Shown here one piece after another: positions 18,501 through 23,316 of a stretch of DNA of 64,000 nucleotides. The translations under genes and the position numbers were made by a program. Source of the DNA: Gammaproteobacteria bacterium (GTDB lineage: Bacteria; Pseudomonadota; Gammaproteobacteria; Steroidobacterales; Foliamicaceae); contig WTGP01000053.1 of the NCBI GenBank assembly GCA_011523505.1, positions 581-64,580 on the forward strand, read 5' to 3'. The stretch's first letter is position 1. Every line of letters starts with the position of its first letter. The notes beneath the pieces were generated by a model. It did no database searches. It worked only from the letters and a program-made list of their open reading frames with translations, and was not told the DNA's origin.

Positions 18501-20900
18501 CGTCCCCGACACGCCCGCGTCGTTGTCCCTGACCGTCACCGCCTGCGTGGCGGACACCGCGTCGTAGCCGCCGCCCGACGCCGTGTGCGCCACGGACGCG
18601 GACCAGTTGGTGGCGCGGGCGTCGTCCTCGCCGATGCTCGCCGTCACCGTCTGCGCCACGTTCCATTGCGACGGCTGGAACGTCAGCGAGGCCGGGCTCA
18701 GGTTGAACTGGGGCGGGGAGGCGAACAGGTCCGGCCGGCCCGACACGACGGCCGCCGCGAGCGCCACCGTCACCGCCGCCGACGGCTGCGTTTCCAGCGC
18801 CACGGTCCAGGCGGCGCTGCCGCCCTCGTCCACGGACACCGCCGCGGGCGACAGCACCAGGCCAGCCATCGCCGCCTCGTCGTCGTCGGCGATGTTCACC
18901 GTGATGTCCGCGGTCAGGCCGGTGTAGTCGCCCCCGGCGGTCGTGAGCCTCAGCGTCGCGGTGTCGTCGACGGTGTCGCCGTCGTGGCCGGCGAAGACCC
19001 TCACCGACCGCAGCACCTGCCAGTGCGTGGTCGCGAGCGTCGCGGGGTCCGTGGTGAACGTGAGCGTGTCCTGGTTGCCGGGCTTGTGCGGGTCGGTGTC
19101 CACCGTCAGGTCGGTGTTGGCGTGCCCCGTGACCGTCAGCGTCACGGTGTTCGCCTTCGGATGGGTGTCCAGCTTCACGGTGAAGCTGGCGCCGAACCCT
19201 TCCCTGACGGCCAGCGTCGCCAGCGACGGGATGATCCCCTGCTCGTCGAGGTCGCTGATGGACAACGGCAGGTCCGCCGTCACGCCCTCGTAGTTCACGC
19301 CCGAGGCGGTGTGCCGCAGGATGGCCGTGTTGTCATCGACGTCGTGGTCCGGCCACGTGTGGAACCTCACCCTCTGCCACTCGTCCCAGTTCGCGGGGGT
19401 GAACGTCAGGGGATTGGGAAACGGGTCCCCGAAGGTACCGGCGTCATCGTTGTCGATCGATATCCAACGGGCCCGCTCGCCGATGGCCGAGACCCTCACT
19501 GTCACGTCCGCGGCCGGCGCCGGCGCACGCGACAGCTTCACGCGGTAGATTTTGGGCTGAGCTTCGGTCACGTCCAGCTTCGGATGCTCAAGCAGGATTA
19601 CCGGCCCTTCGTCGTCGTGGATATTCACCGACAGGGCCGCGCTCTCGCCGGAGAAGCCGCCCGTGACGGTATGGGTCAGCGCTACCGGCGGGGGGTTCAC
19701 CGCGTCGTTGTCATGGTCCGCCGCCACCGTCACCCGCTGGGGCGCCGCCCAGTTCGCGCCGGCGGGAAAGGTCAGCGTTCCGGGGGTCACCCTCAGGCCC
19801 GCGGCGTTGGTATTCCCCGTGATCGACACCGTCACCGCCGCCGCCGGCGGCCTTCCCAGCCGCACCGTGTAGTACGACTCCGACCCTTCGGTGACGGCCA
19901 GCGTGTCCGTGGACAGGATGACCGCCGGATGCCGCTTCATCAGGACGGAGGCGGAGAGGTCGGCGACCTGTGCCTTCTCGGTATCGTTCTCGTTGGGCCT
20001 GTTGCCGGGCACCCGCAGCAGGTCGCCGGACACGGTCACCGTCGCCGAGTAGTCGGAGGCGACGGGCTGACCGTTGTGCGTCAGGGTAATCTCGACGGAA
20101 CGATGGCTGGGGGTGCCGTGGCTGGTGCTGGTGCCGGTTTGCCGCGCGAGCAACCTGGCGCTAATGATGGACACGCCCGGGGGGGCGCCGCTCAGGGTGA
20201 ATTTGGCAAGGCCCGCGCGGCTGAACGATACCGGCCAGTGGGGCACCGTTCCGCCCACGATGTGGCCCGACTCGATCAGGTAAACGGACTTCTGGTCGCG
20301 CACGCCCCCGCCGCCGCCGCCGCCCGCGAACAGGAAGGACGCGTTGCGCGGCGTCAGCGTGATCTTCGCCTGGTTCAGGGAAGACGCCTCGATTTGGGCC
20401 GGGCTGGCTGTCAGGAACGGCGTGGTCTGCGCCGCCGCGCCGGCGGCGAGGCCGAGGGCCAGGGCGGCGGCGAGCAGACGGCGGCGGGCGGGGGCGCGCC
20501 GGCCGGGGCTTGGGGAGCTTGCGGAGGACGGGAGAGGGGTGGATCGGGGCGGCGCGGGTGTGGATGCGGGGAGAAAGCCGGCGGGGGCCGGCGCGGTGGT
20601 GGACGCGGTGAGAGAGTCGGCTCGGGCCGGCGCGGTTGCGGGAAGCTCAGGCCAAAGCGGAAAAAGCGCTGATCGAAGCGCGGAAACTGACGCGGGAAGC
20701 CGGCGCCTAATGGACGCACTCACCGGCACGGCACGGCACGGCACGGCACGGCACGGCACGGCACGGCACGGCACGGCAATTATACCAAGGGCGTGACGCG
20801 GTGATGAAAAGAAGTCAAGCCACCGTTTTCGCACCTGGAAGCCTCGGATCGCAGCAACCGCCGCTCCGATCTCCCCAGCCCAGCCTGCGCTGTAAGCCAC
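6513..20900 (-). CDS. Giant (about 4,700 aa) type Va autotransporter with a Calx-beta/Ig-like tandem-repeat passenger; the coordinates give the maximal ORF and the true start is uncertain (GTG 20723 is more likely than GTG 20900)
   Basis: Single uninterrupted 4,795-codon ORF. The C-terminus is a classical autotransporter barrel (GFWGRGAQSTFHG...LDGEVASAMLGVDYARGAWLVGVAL...GIEIRTRW-stop). The signal peptide RRAPARRRLLAAALALGLAAGAAAQ lies at about 20.43-20.50 kb. Passenger modules carry DEPDETF/ETFTVALG and LTHTASGGDY...VTVTDDD signatures. Confidence 0.9.
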   Translation of the reverse strand: MAYSAGWAGEIGAAVAAIRGFQVRKRWLDFFSSPRHALGIIAVPCRAVPCRAVPCRAVPVSASIRRRLPASVSALRSALFPLWPELPATAPARADSLTASTTAPAPAGFLPASTPAPPRSTPLPSSASSPSPGRRAPARRRLLAAALALGLAAGAAAQTTPFLTASPAQIEASSLNQAKITLTPRNASFLFAGGGGGGGVRDQKSVYLIESGHIVGGTVPHWPVSFSRAGLAKFTLSGAPPGVSIISARLLARQTGTSTSHGTPSHRSVEITLTHNGQPVASDYSATVTVSGDLLRVPGNRPNENDTEKAQVADLSASVLMKRHPAVILSTDTLAVTEGSESYYTVRLGRPPAAAVTVSITGNTNAAGLRVTPGTLTFPAGANWAAPQRVTVAADHDNDAVNPPPVALTHTVTGGFSGESAALSVNIHDDEGPVILLEHPKLDVTEAQPKIYRVKLSRAPAPAADVTVRVSAIGERARWISIDNDDAGTFGDPFPNPLTFTPANWDEWQRVRFHTWPDHDVDDNTAILRHTASGVNYEGVTADLPLSISDLDEQGIIPSLATLAVREGFGASFTVKLDTHPKANTVTLTVTGHANTDLTVDTDPHKPGNQDTLTFTTDPATLATTHWQVLRSVRVFAGHDGDTVDDTATLRLTTAGGDYTGLTADITVNIADDDEAAMAGLVLSPAAVSVDEGGSAAWTVALETQPSAAVTVALAAAVVSGRPDLFASPPQFNLSPASLTFQPSQWNVAQTVTASIGEDDARATNWSASVAHTASGGGYDAVSATQAVTVRDNDAGVSGTLTIEPAAAAVVEGERAQFIVAADPAPTTDLAVAIKATWFGDVSGGSNAASGVIPAGRLASTILSLPTADNEVQAGNGSVTARIDAFGSHGYRAGSPAAATVTVRDDEGDSTVRRLRSHAGILGAGKSTIRGKKPDGAYTYSQTRWEVTEGQPRQDTYAYWQIVGPPHACVQLFVEVQGAFFYSPDQTHRSWGRSRVCLNEHGLKEPNVRIRNDLVDEPHGWAKMTVLAGDGYWVGPGDEGLHESWTIPIKDDDVSVASLDLSPPRIFENAELGANRSTVTASLSGPTANDVTLVVEADPVSPATADDFTLSQNRRLTIPAGQTASTGKVTVTAADDDSVEVYKEVTVWATASGGLDPVGQPEDVTLTIANDDKPRLRIAADAASVTEGTPAAFTVTSDVAVPADLTVNFEVAQSGGFVAAGNLGRGTVTLTTGAQTVSFTVSTVADGTDEANGTVTATLAAGDYGTVGTNNAATVAVVDDDPGHVTLTTPVRDAYEGLDIYAQIHLALNRGLVSGEVLAVPLLFQPIGGSSATPNEDFTLYAGGSAGVRLDRDTSTVVFTGLDSGAGPSAVTVQVIAEVDDDADSERFYVDIPAGSTGAAPRLTATGLGGGVTGSRGDRRHAMYLRDRGVNQRTLGWAAKALEVTETAAAGSIGVELSSPASEALTFEVCLSDGTATFGTDYRGVVLGTESCTGTNSVTNADLTIGAGASRATVSFTSIADAIDEPDETYTAWLKHDRWEDLATSPRVLEVTLRDDDPTVVRLARAGRSAIREGDKVAFTVSLERALAKGEVIDAPLSISGAGVTPGDWSLAAKSGAANTGATLLGTAAPAVRFAGAGARTATLELTATAQDGAEVGGETFTVALGSNAQFDADADTNVGGGADPHGVDNAFNVKVNDNETGTVTRTLGWAATAQSVAEGAAGAEKQFSVNAALSAGTGPATFRVCLADGAATLGATGDYRGFPGDARCTGTGNANPDPAIASGQSSQAVSLTLRGDGEDEPDETFSATLSLPDAVAGLGLNAPKSTHTVTIVDDDPTVVSLDGPGSGVTVSEGGSTQFTINLGRTLVAGETIDVPLAVSGTNVTPDEWTLAKNPAGRNTGVSLLATDSATPAVRFAGGGARTAYLELTPAIDARVEAGGETFTVALGPDGAGANGFDRTGLGTNVGGGADPHGTDNAFDLTVTDAQTPQIGLSTVALTVAEGGDASYTVRLATEPTQTVTVEVALPADSDLTLDPVPATLTFTTTDWNEPQTVTVTAGEDDDVLNDTDTLSHIAAGGDYELLTAALQVTVTDDDTTEVLLSKETLALTEGGDADTYTVTLASAPTSDVIVDITGLADTDLTLEPSSAQLVFTSANWNEPQTVTVTPGEDDDTVNDEATLTHTASGGDYDALTATLKVNTTDDDSPNLVLSEGTLEVGEGSSAGYTVRLATEPSATVTVAITGQAGAELTPSPASLTFTTSNWETEQTVSVSAGEDDDAADDTATLTHTASGGDYAGKSADLTVNTTDDDEAGIVLSAATLAVTEDSDAEYTVKLATEPTATVTVAITGQAGTELTPSPTSLTFTASNWATAQTVTVSAGEDDDTVNDTATLTHTASGGDYAGETADLTVNTTDDDSPNLVLSKNPLTVAEGGSASYTVKLATEPTANVTVAIAVPANTDVTRNPASLTFTTTDWASEQTVTVSAAGDDDAVDDTATLAHTASGGDYASVTADLAVTVTDDETAEILLSKETLTVTEGADADYTVKLTSQPTANVTVTIAGHANTDLTLDPSSATLTFTTSNWNTAQTVTVSADEDDDSDNDTARLTHTASGGDYATLTAALAVTVTDDDTPNLLLSDATLTVAEGSSAGYTVTLATQPSASVTVAITGHAGTVLTPTPESLTFTTSDWGTAQTVTVSVPEDGDRAAGKATLKHTASGGDYAGKTATVTATASDNDPTVVRLTRVGTGVVYEGGTIGFTVTLGRALVEDEIIDVPLSIGGGAGVSTADWSLAGKSGASNTGVTLTGATTDTPNLRFEDAGARVAELTLEATVDGVPETGGETFTIALGPDGAGANGFDRSGLGTNVGGGADPHATEKTFNVTVNDGRTIGWAATALTATETAAGGDANGTVALSSGAGPVTFRVCVEEGTAKFPADFLSFGSKSTNRCTGTSSNSDPSLSSTQSSRAVALPLAADTLDEPRETYTAALSLPTATPGLSLDAAKTTATVTVIDDDPTSVTLSAPGGNVSEKGGVKTVTVALGRALVSPEALTVTVAIGGGAASGTDYTIACKNQTGVQCGGLSGGKLPITFTGGANAKRATTLTLTGIGDNTDEGAETVSLALDPLTASSGTNLDGGASGSGTVDFRFNETPTAGFDRDNYFVLEGATFSLPVVLDQPAPERLEVGVRCLAGTAERNGDYVDGDCRAVVFEPGDDQQSVRIRIRVDGATEGDEQFTVELFSEHPDRVGVGRSPAAVTIWDRETPVAGVALGAASVTVGEGGASGRYSVVLRKQPTGGACRGCPSGDVTVTVTSADPAAAKVRVGSAQPGASATLTFTRSNWDRLQYVHVAAVDDADADDERTTLTHTVSGIEEYENVTAKSVGVRVRDDDRTDTPVVSISGGNAVTEGGTITFDLSASPAPAGAITVNVEVTQKGSFAKSGQAGSRTATIGTDGTGTLTVGTDDDSIDEPPGAITAALATGDGYLVHGSSHTATATVNDNDEAPPATPIVSIANGNNVDEGGAITFNLSASPAPASAITVNVKVADSGSFAGSGQTGDRTATVGTDGTGTLTVTTVPDDVDEPHGTITATLKAGGGYSVHATANSGTAAVNDDDDPPPATPVVSIADGNDVTEGGAITFNLSASPAPASAITVNVKVADSGSFAGSGQTGDRTATIGTNGTGTLTVTTVPDSVNEPDGTITATLRAGNGYSVHGTNNSATADVADDDKPVVSIADGNDVTEGGVITFNLSASPAPASALTVNIDVTDSGDFAEDGQDGDRTASIGTDGTGTLTVTTEQDTDDEDNGTITADLAAGGGYTVHGTANSGTADVLDDDLPPPTVSITKGADVTEGQDVTFTLTSTPATAGLAVRVRITQSGNFASPSSQIATRTFTTNSNGVANIAITTEDDGIDEPNGSISARILTGTGYRPAATTTVTVDVEDNDLPPPTVSVSRAAAKVTEGQDVTFTVTVNPAPAAALDVKIEIAQTGNYVAASALGVKTVTVPTSGSEDHTVATVNDNVDEPDGSLSATVKSGTGYVVAASPNDSASVAVEDDEVTDYDGIEVSIEDASAKEGQDLEFAITLNEPAPGPITVQTVCIPGSAKIGYDFECYGSEVSFEEGDTRKVYRVWAVEDDVDEGEETFEVDIRRPNPAAVTIVRATAKGAIENDGPLPEAWLGRFGRAVAEQALEGVAARIAAARGGARTPGFRGTIAGRPIGGNGFAGTGARCAAPADTAAASPAGRDEPESPPAGQAASPRGSGAEGARGTLGGPVAAGAACDGDAFGPGTDEGAFAGRDALREPGIGWPQAQGSQGFGGASAGPFGAGVGGGIGPDGSTSFGSGGAPGVGGGFDGGAGQMAMGAGGGWGGPPQGQYPGMQTSTLQYLLMGSSFTYTGREDGGGGTLGFWGRGAQSTFHGRKGPLNLDGEVASAMLGVDYARGAWLVGVALTRSLGEGGWSSPANGSGTAESTLTAAVPYAAWDASERLSLWGAAGYGAGRMTLRPGASRADRMAYPLSNRPFPEPGRNGPEAAHETLRAGLGWSMAALGLRGSLFGGEGRGPALAAVSDALWSRTTSEKTEGMMAGAADVTRLRLGLEGGWRFGLPGGGSLTPKIEAGLRHDGGDAETGFGVEVGGGLAVAAPRLGLSLDIQARTLLAHEADGRRDTGFSASLAYDPAPDSRRGLSLNLRQSIGGQATGGLDALFASDPLGNRMGQDMTKRWTLEAAYGMPAFRERFIGSPTLGYGASDFGRDMSLGWQLEPDGPDAPDLTFGLKLSRRESPLNPPEHGLGIEIRTRW
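8740..10725 (-). repeat. Six tandem ~330-345 bp intragenic repeats (module P.VSI..GN.V.EGG.ITF.LSASPAP...ITVNV.V...G.F...GQ.G.RTA.IGT.GTGTLTV.T..D..DEP.G.ITA.L..G.GY.VH......A.V.DDD)
   Basis: Read from the translated ORF. Units 2 and 3 share a 43-residue identical run (EGGAITFNLSASPAPASAITVNVKVADSGSFAGSGQTGDRTAT). They also share identical DNA runs of about 50 nt (compare 9.88-10.03 kb with 10.22-10.37 kb). Confidence 0.8.
12700..14935 (-). repeat. Seven tandem ~318-327 bp intragenic repeats (module L.LS...L.V.EG....YTV.L...P...VTV.I.G....L...P..LTFT..NW...QTVTV.A.EDDD..D..ATLTHTASGGDY.....L.V...DDD)
   Basis: GGDY-containing motifs recur at about 12760, 13075, 13399, 13717, 14035, 14353 and 14680. 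The antisense shadow ORFs at these sites have near-identical starts (MWVS.AVS...). Confidence 0.85.
20725..20778 (-). repeat. Perfect pentanucleotide microsatellite: (GGCAC)x10 plus a partial unit on the + strand, equal to (GTGCC)n on the coding strand of the giant autotransporter
   Basis: Direct reading: caccGGCACGGCACGGCAC...GGCACGGCAat. There are ten uninterrupted units at 20725-20774 followed by GGCA. Confidence 0.97.
20779..20787 (-). promoter_or_regulatory. Putative extended -10 promoter element TGGTATAAT (minus strand) for the giant autotransporter gene
   Basis: The reverse complement of 20771-20790 is ccTTGGTATAATtgccgtgc, a perfect TATAAT preceded by TGn. It directly abuts the microsatellite. 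A TTGACT at 20813-20818 lies 28 nt away, too far to act as its -35. Confidence 0.45.
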
Positions 20901-21080
20901 TTACATCCCCAGCGGACTACCCACCATGCAACGTATATGTTGCGTAAGTATAAGCCATTGCCGAAGTTTCCGGCCGAAGTTTCCGGGCGCTGCGTGACGC
21001 TCGCTTCGCCGCCGCCGGGCGTGGTGGCCAAACGGCACTTCGTCTTACAATGCCGGCGAGCGTAGGAACAGGACCAGAGC

Positions 21081-21743
21081 ATGATTGCATACGGCATCTT
21101 CAACTTTCTGCACGTACTGGTGTTTGCGGTCATTGTCGGCATCGAACTCCCGGCGCTGTACGCGTTGCGCATGGCCGGGGCGCCGTCCGGCAACGAAGCC
21201 ACCCGCTCCGTGGCGGTGCGCGTGAAGCGCTACGCCGACGCGGTGTCCGCCATCATGCTGGTCCTGCTCCTGCCGCTGGGCGTGCAGATCGCGACCAAAC
21301 TCGGCGTCTACACGCTGATGTCCTCGGGCTGGCTGATCGCCACCTGGGTGGTGGGCCTGGCCTGGCTGGCCATCGCGCTGATGTCCGAGCTGACCGGCAG
21401 TTCGAAATGGGCGCAACGCATCTACAAGTCCGAGTGCGTGCTGCGCATCATCATCGGTCTCGGCAACGTCTATGACGCGGTGGTGGGCTTTGCCGGCGAC
21501 GGCATGATCCAGACGAACTGGCTGGCCGCCAAGGTTCTGCTGTTCGGACTGGTCCTGGTCGTCAGCGGCTGGATCCGCTGGCAGACCCGGGCCGTGCGGT
21601 TCGCCTCCCTCAATGCCGCCGATGAAACGGGCGCCGACTCGCAGCAATTGATCGACACGATACGCCGCGCCCAGTGGGGTAGCCACAGCATCCTGGCGAT
21701 GGTGCTGATCGCCGCCTACCTGGGAACCGCGAAACCCTGGTAG
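21081..21743 (+). CDS. Hypothetical integral membrane protein (multiple hydrophobic helices)
   Basis: 220-aa ATG ORF with a hydrophobic helix pattern (FLHVLVFAVIVGI, IMLVLLLPLGV, LIATWVVGLAWLAIAL, VLLFGLVLVVSGW, ILAMVLIAAYL). Divergent from the giant gene. No family recognised. Confidence 0.7.
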   Translation: MIAYGIFNFLHVLVFAVIVGIELPALYALRMAGAPSGNEATRSVAVRVKRYADAVSAIMLVLLLPLGVQIATKLGVYTLMSSGWLIATWVVGLAWLAIALMSELTGSSKWAQRIYKSECVLRIIIGLGNVYDAVVGFAGDGMIQTNWLAAKVLLFGLVLVVSGWIRWQTRAVRFASLNAADETGADSQQLIDTIRRAQWGSHSILAMVLIAAYLGTAKPW

Positions 21744-21757
21744 GAACACGCATACGC

Positions 21758-21871
21758 GAGCCCTTCATTGCCCTCTTTCTTCCGGGGGCGTCGGCGGCAG
21801 GAGCCGCCGCCGAGCCCCATGGATGGGTTCATGCGTCCACCGGAGGAAAGAGGGCAATGAAGGGCGGGCTC
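21758..21871. repeat. 114-bp imperfect inverted repeat (about 26-28 bp arms) with a nested GC hairpin; possible bidirectional terminator or REP/MITE-like element
   Basis: Left arm is GAGCCCTTCATTGCCCTCTTTCTTCCGG (21758-21785). The right arm (21840-21871) is its reverse complement with 1 mismatch and a 4-nt bulge. An inner hairpin CGGCGGC-agga-GCCGCCG lies at 21792-21809. The element lies between convergent genes. Confidence 0.6.
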
Positions 21872-21893
21872 GGAGCGAACCCGTATCACCGGC

Positions 21894-22802
21894 TCAATTT
21901 CGCGGATCGGCCGCGCAACGGAATCCCAGGTTGTTCAGGCCCGAGTCGGGGGGAGTCATCATCCGGGCCTCCAGGCGGTATCCCCGGCAGTAGTTTTCGC
22001 TGCACAGCCAGCTCCCGCCCCGGTGCACCTTTTGGGTCCCGTCGACGGGACCCCGGGGATTCTTTCTCGGCGAACGCGCGAAATAATCCGCTGCGTACCA
22101 ATCCTGGACCCACTCCCAGACGTTGCCCGTCAGATCGTGGAACCCGAACCCGTTGGGAGGAAAGGTCCCGACCGGCGCCAGGCCCGAAAAGCCGTCCCGT
22201 CCGCGGTCCTGGACCGGGAACTCGCCCTGCCAGAGGTTGGCCCGGTGCACTCCCCCGGGCGTCAGTCGGTTCCCCCAGGCATAGCGGGCGTCGGCCATTC
22301 CGCCGCGCGCCGCGTATTCGAATTCCGCTTCGGTAGGGAGGCGCGCTCCGCGCCACTCGCAGTAGGCGGCGGCATCGAACCAAGAAACGTGCACGACCGG
22401 GTAATCGCCCATTTCCCGATGCGACGAGTCGGGTCCGGAGGGACGGCGCCAGTCGGCGCCGTCGCCCTTGGTCCACCCGCCGCGACGCGTGTCGAAGACG
22501 CCGGACCAGCCCAGCCTTTCGGATTCCGTGACATGGCCGGTCGCATCGGCGAACTCGGCGTACTGGGCATTCGTGACCTCGTGCCGGTCCAGCAGGAAGG
22601 TATCCAGCGCGACCGTGTGTTCCGGGCCTTCGAAGGGCAAACCGTCGTTGGCGCCCATCGTGAATTCTCCGCCGGGAACCAGCAGCATTCCCGTCGCGCC
22701 GGGAGGGGACGCTCCACCGCAGCCGCAAGCCAGCGCGGCGGAAATCGCCAGACCCGCAGGCAATGGGCTTCGCAGGCGGTTTACGGATTGCATAGGCGAC
22801 AT
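21894..22802 (-). CDS. Formylglycine-generating enzyme (FGE/SUMF1 family), predicted lipoprotein
   Basis: Contains the canonical C-terminal motif HRGGSWLCSENYCRGYRLEAR...NLGFRCA with both catalytic Cys residues, plus GNVWEWV. The N-terminus LAISAALAC|GC is a lipobox. Confidence 0.9.
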   Translation of the reverse strand: MSPMQSVNRLRSPLPAGLAISAALACGCGGASPPGATGMLLVPGGEFTMGANDGLPFEGPEHTVALDTFLLDRHEVTNAQYAEFADATGHVTESERLGWSGVFDTRRGGWTKGDGADWRRPSGPDSSHREMGDYPVVHVSWFDAAAYCEWRGARLPTEAEFEYAARGGMADARYAWGNRLTPGGVHRANLWQGEFPVQDRGRDGFSGLAPVGTFPPNGFGFHDLTGNVWEWVQDWYAADYFARSPRKNPRGPVDGTQKVHRGGSWLCSENYCRGYRLEARMMTPPDSGLNNLGFRCAADPRN

Positions 22803-22817
22803 CGCCCTGGACCGGCG

Positions 22818-23309
22818 CTAGCCTGCCCGCGTCTTCTTCTGCACGGCCACGCGAGTGATTTCGAGCATTTCGGTCAGGGCATCCAGTTCTTCACTGGATT
22901 GACCGGAAAAGATCTCTGAAACCGTTTCGTCGTAGTCGGCATGCATTGCGTCCCAGAGCGTCCTGCCCTCCGCAGAAAGGGTCACGGATTGAATCCGCCG
23001 GTCCGATCTTGACGTGATTTTTCTGGCCAGGCCGTCCTGCTTCAGCCGGTTGACGACGCCCGTAATGTTGCCCTTGGTCACCATCAGGCTGGATGCCAGC
23101 TCTCCCATGGTCATGCCGTTGGGCGACAGCGCCAGTGCGGTCAGGACGTCATAGCGCGGCAGGCTGGAATTGAATTTCTCCGAAAAGCGCCGCATCAACA
23201 CACGGTCGATGCTCGAGAAGCACCGCAGCAGTCCCAGCCAGGCCCGGCGATGGTGAGCTTTCTCCGGCAGCGACTCCAGGACCAGGTCGAATACGGTCGG
23301 CTTGTCCAT
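22818..23309 (-). CDS. MarR-family transcriptional regulator
   Basis: 163 aa with a winged-HTH pattern LPRYDVLTALALSPNGMTMGELASSLMVTKGNITGVVNRLKQDGLARK..SRSDRRIQSVTLSAEGR. Confidence 0.85.
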   Translation of the reverse strand: MDKPTVFDLVLESLPEKAHHRRAWLGLLRCFSSIDRVLMRRFSEKFNSSLPRYDVLTALALSPNGMTMGELASSLMVTKGNITGVVNRLKQDGLARKITSRSDRRIQSVTLSAEGRTLWDAMHADYDETVSEIFSGQSSEELDALTEMLEITRVAVQKKTRAG

Positions 23310-23316
23310 GCGCCCC

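Noticed and set aside
20301-20318. (GCC)n trinucleotide run encoding Gly7 (FAGGGGGGGVRD) near the autotransporter N-terminus
   Set aside because: It is short (5-6 units) and in-frame, so slippage would add or remove only a glycine. It is not comparable to the pentanucleotide tract.
20813-20818. Consensus-like -35 hexamer TTGACT (minus strand) upstream of the TATAAT box
   Set aside because: The spacing to the -10 is 28 nt, far outside the 16-19 nt window. The -10 is of the extended TGn type, which does not need a -35.
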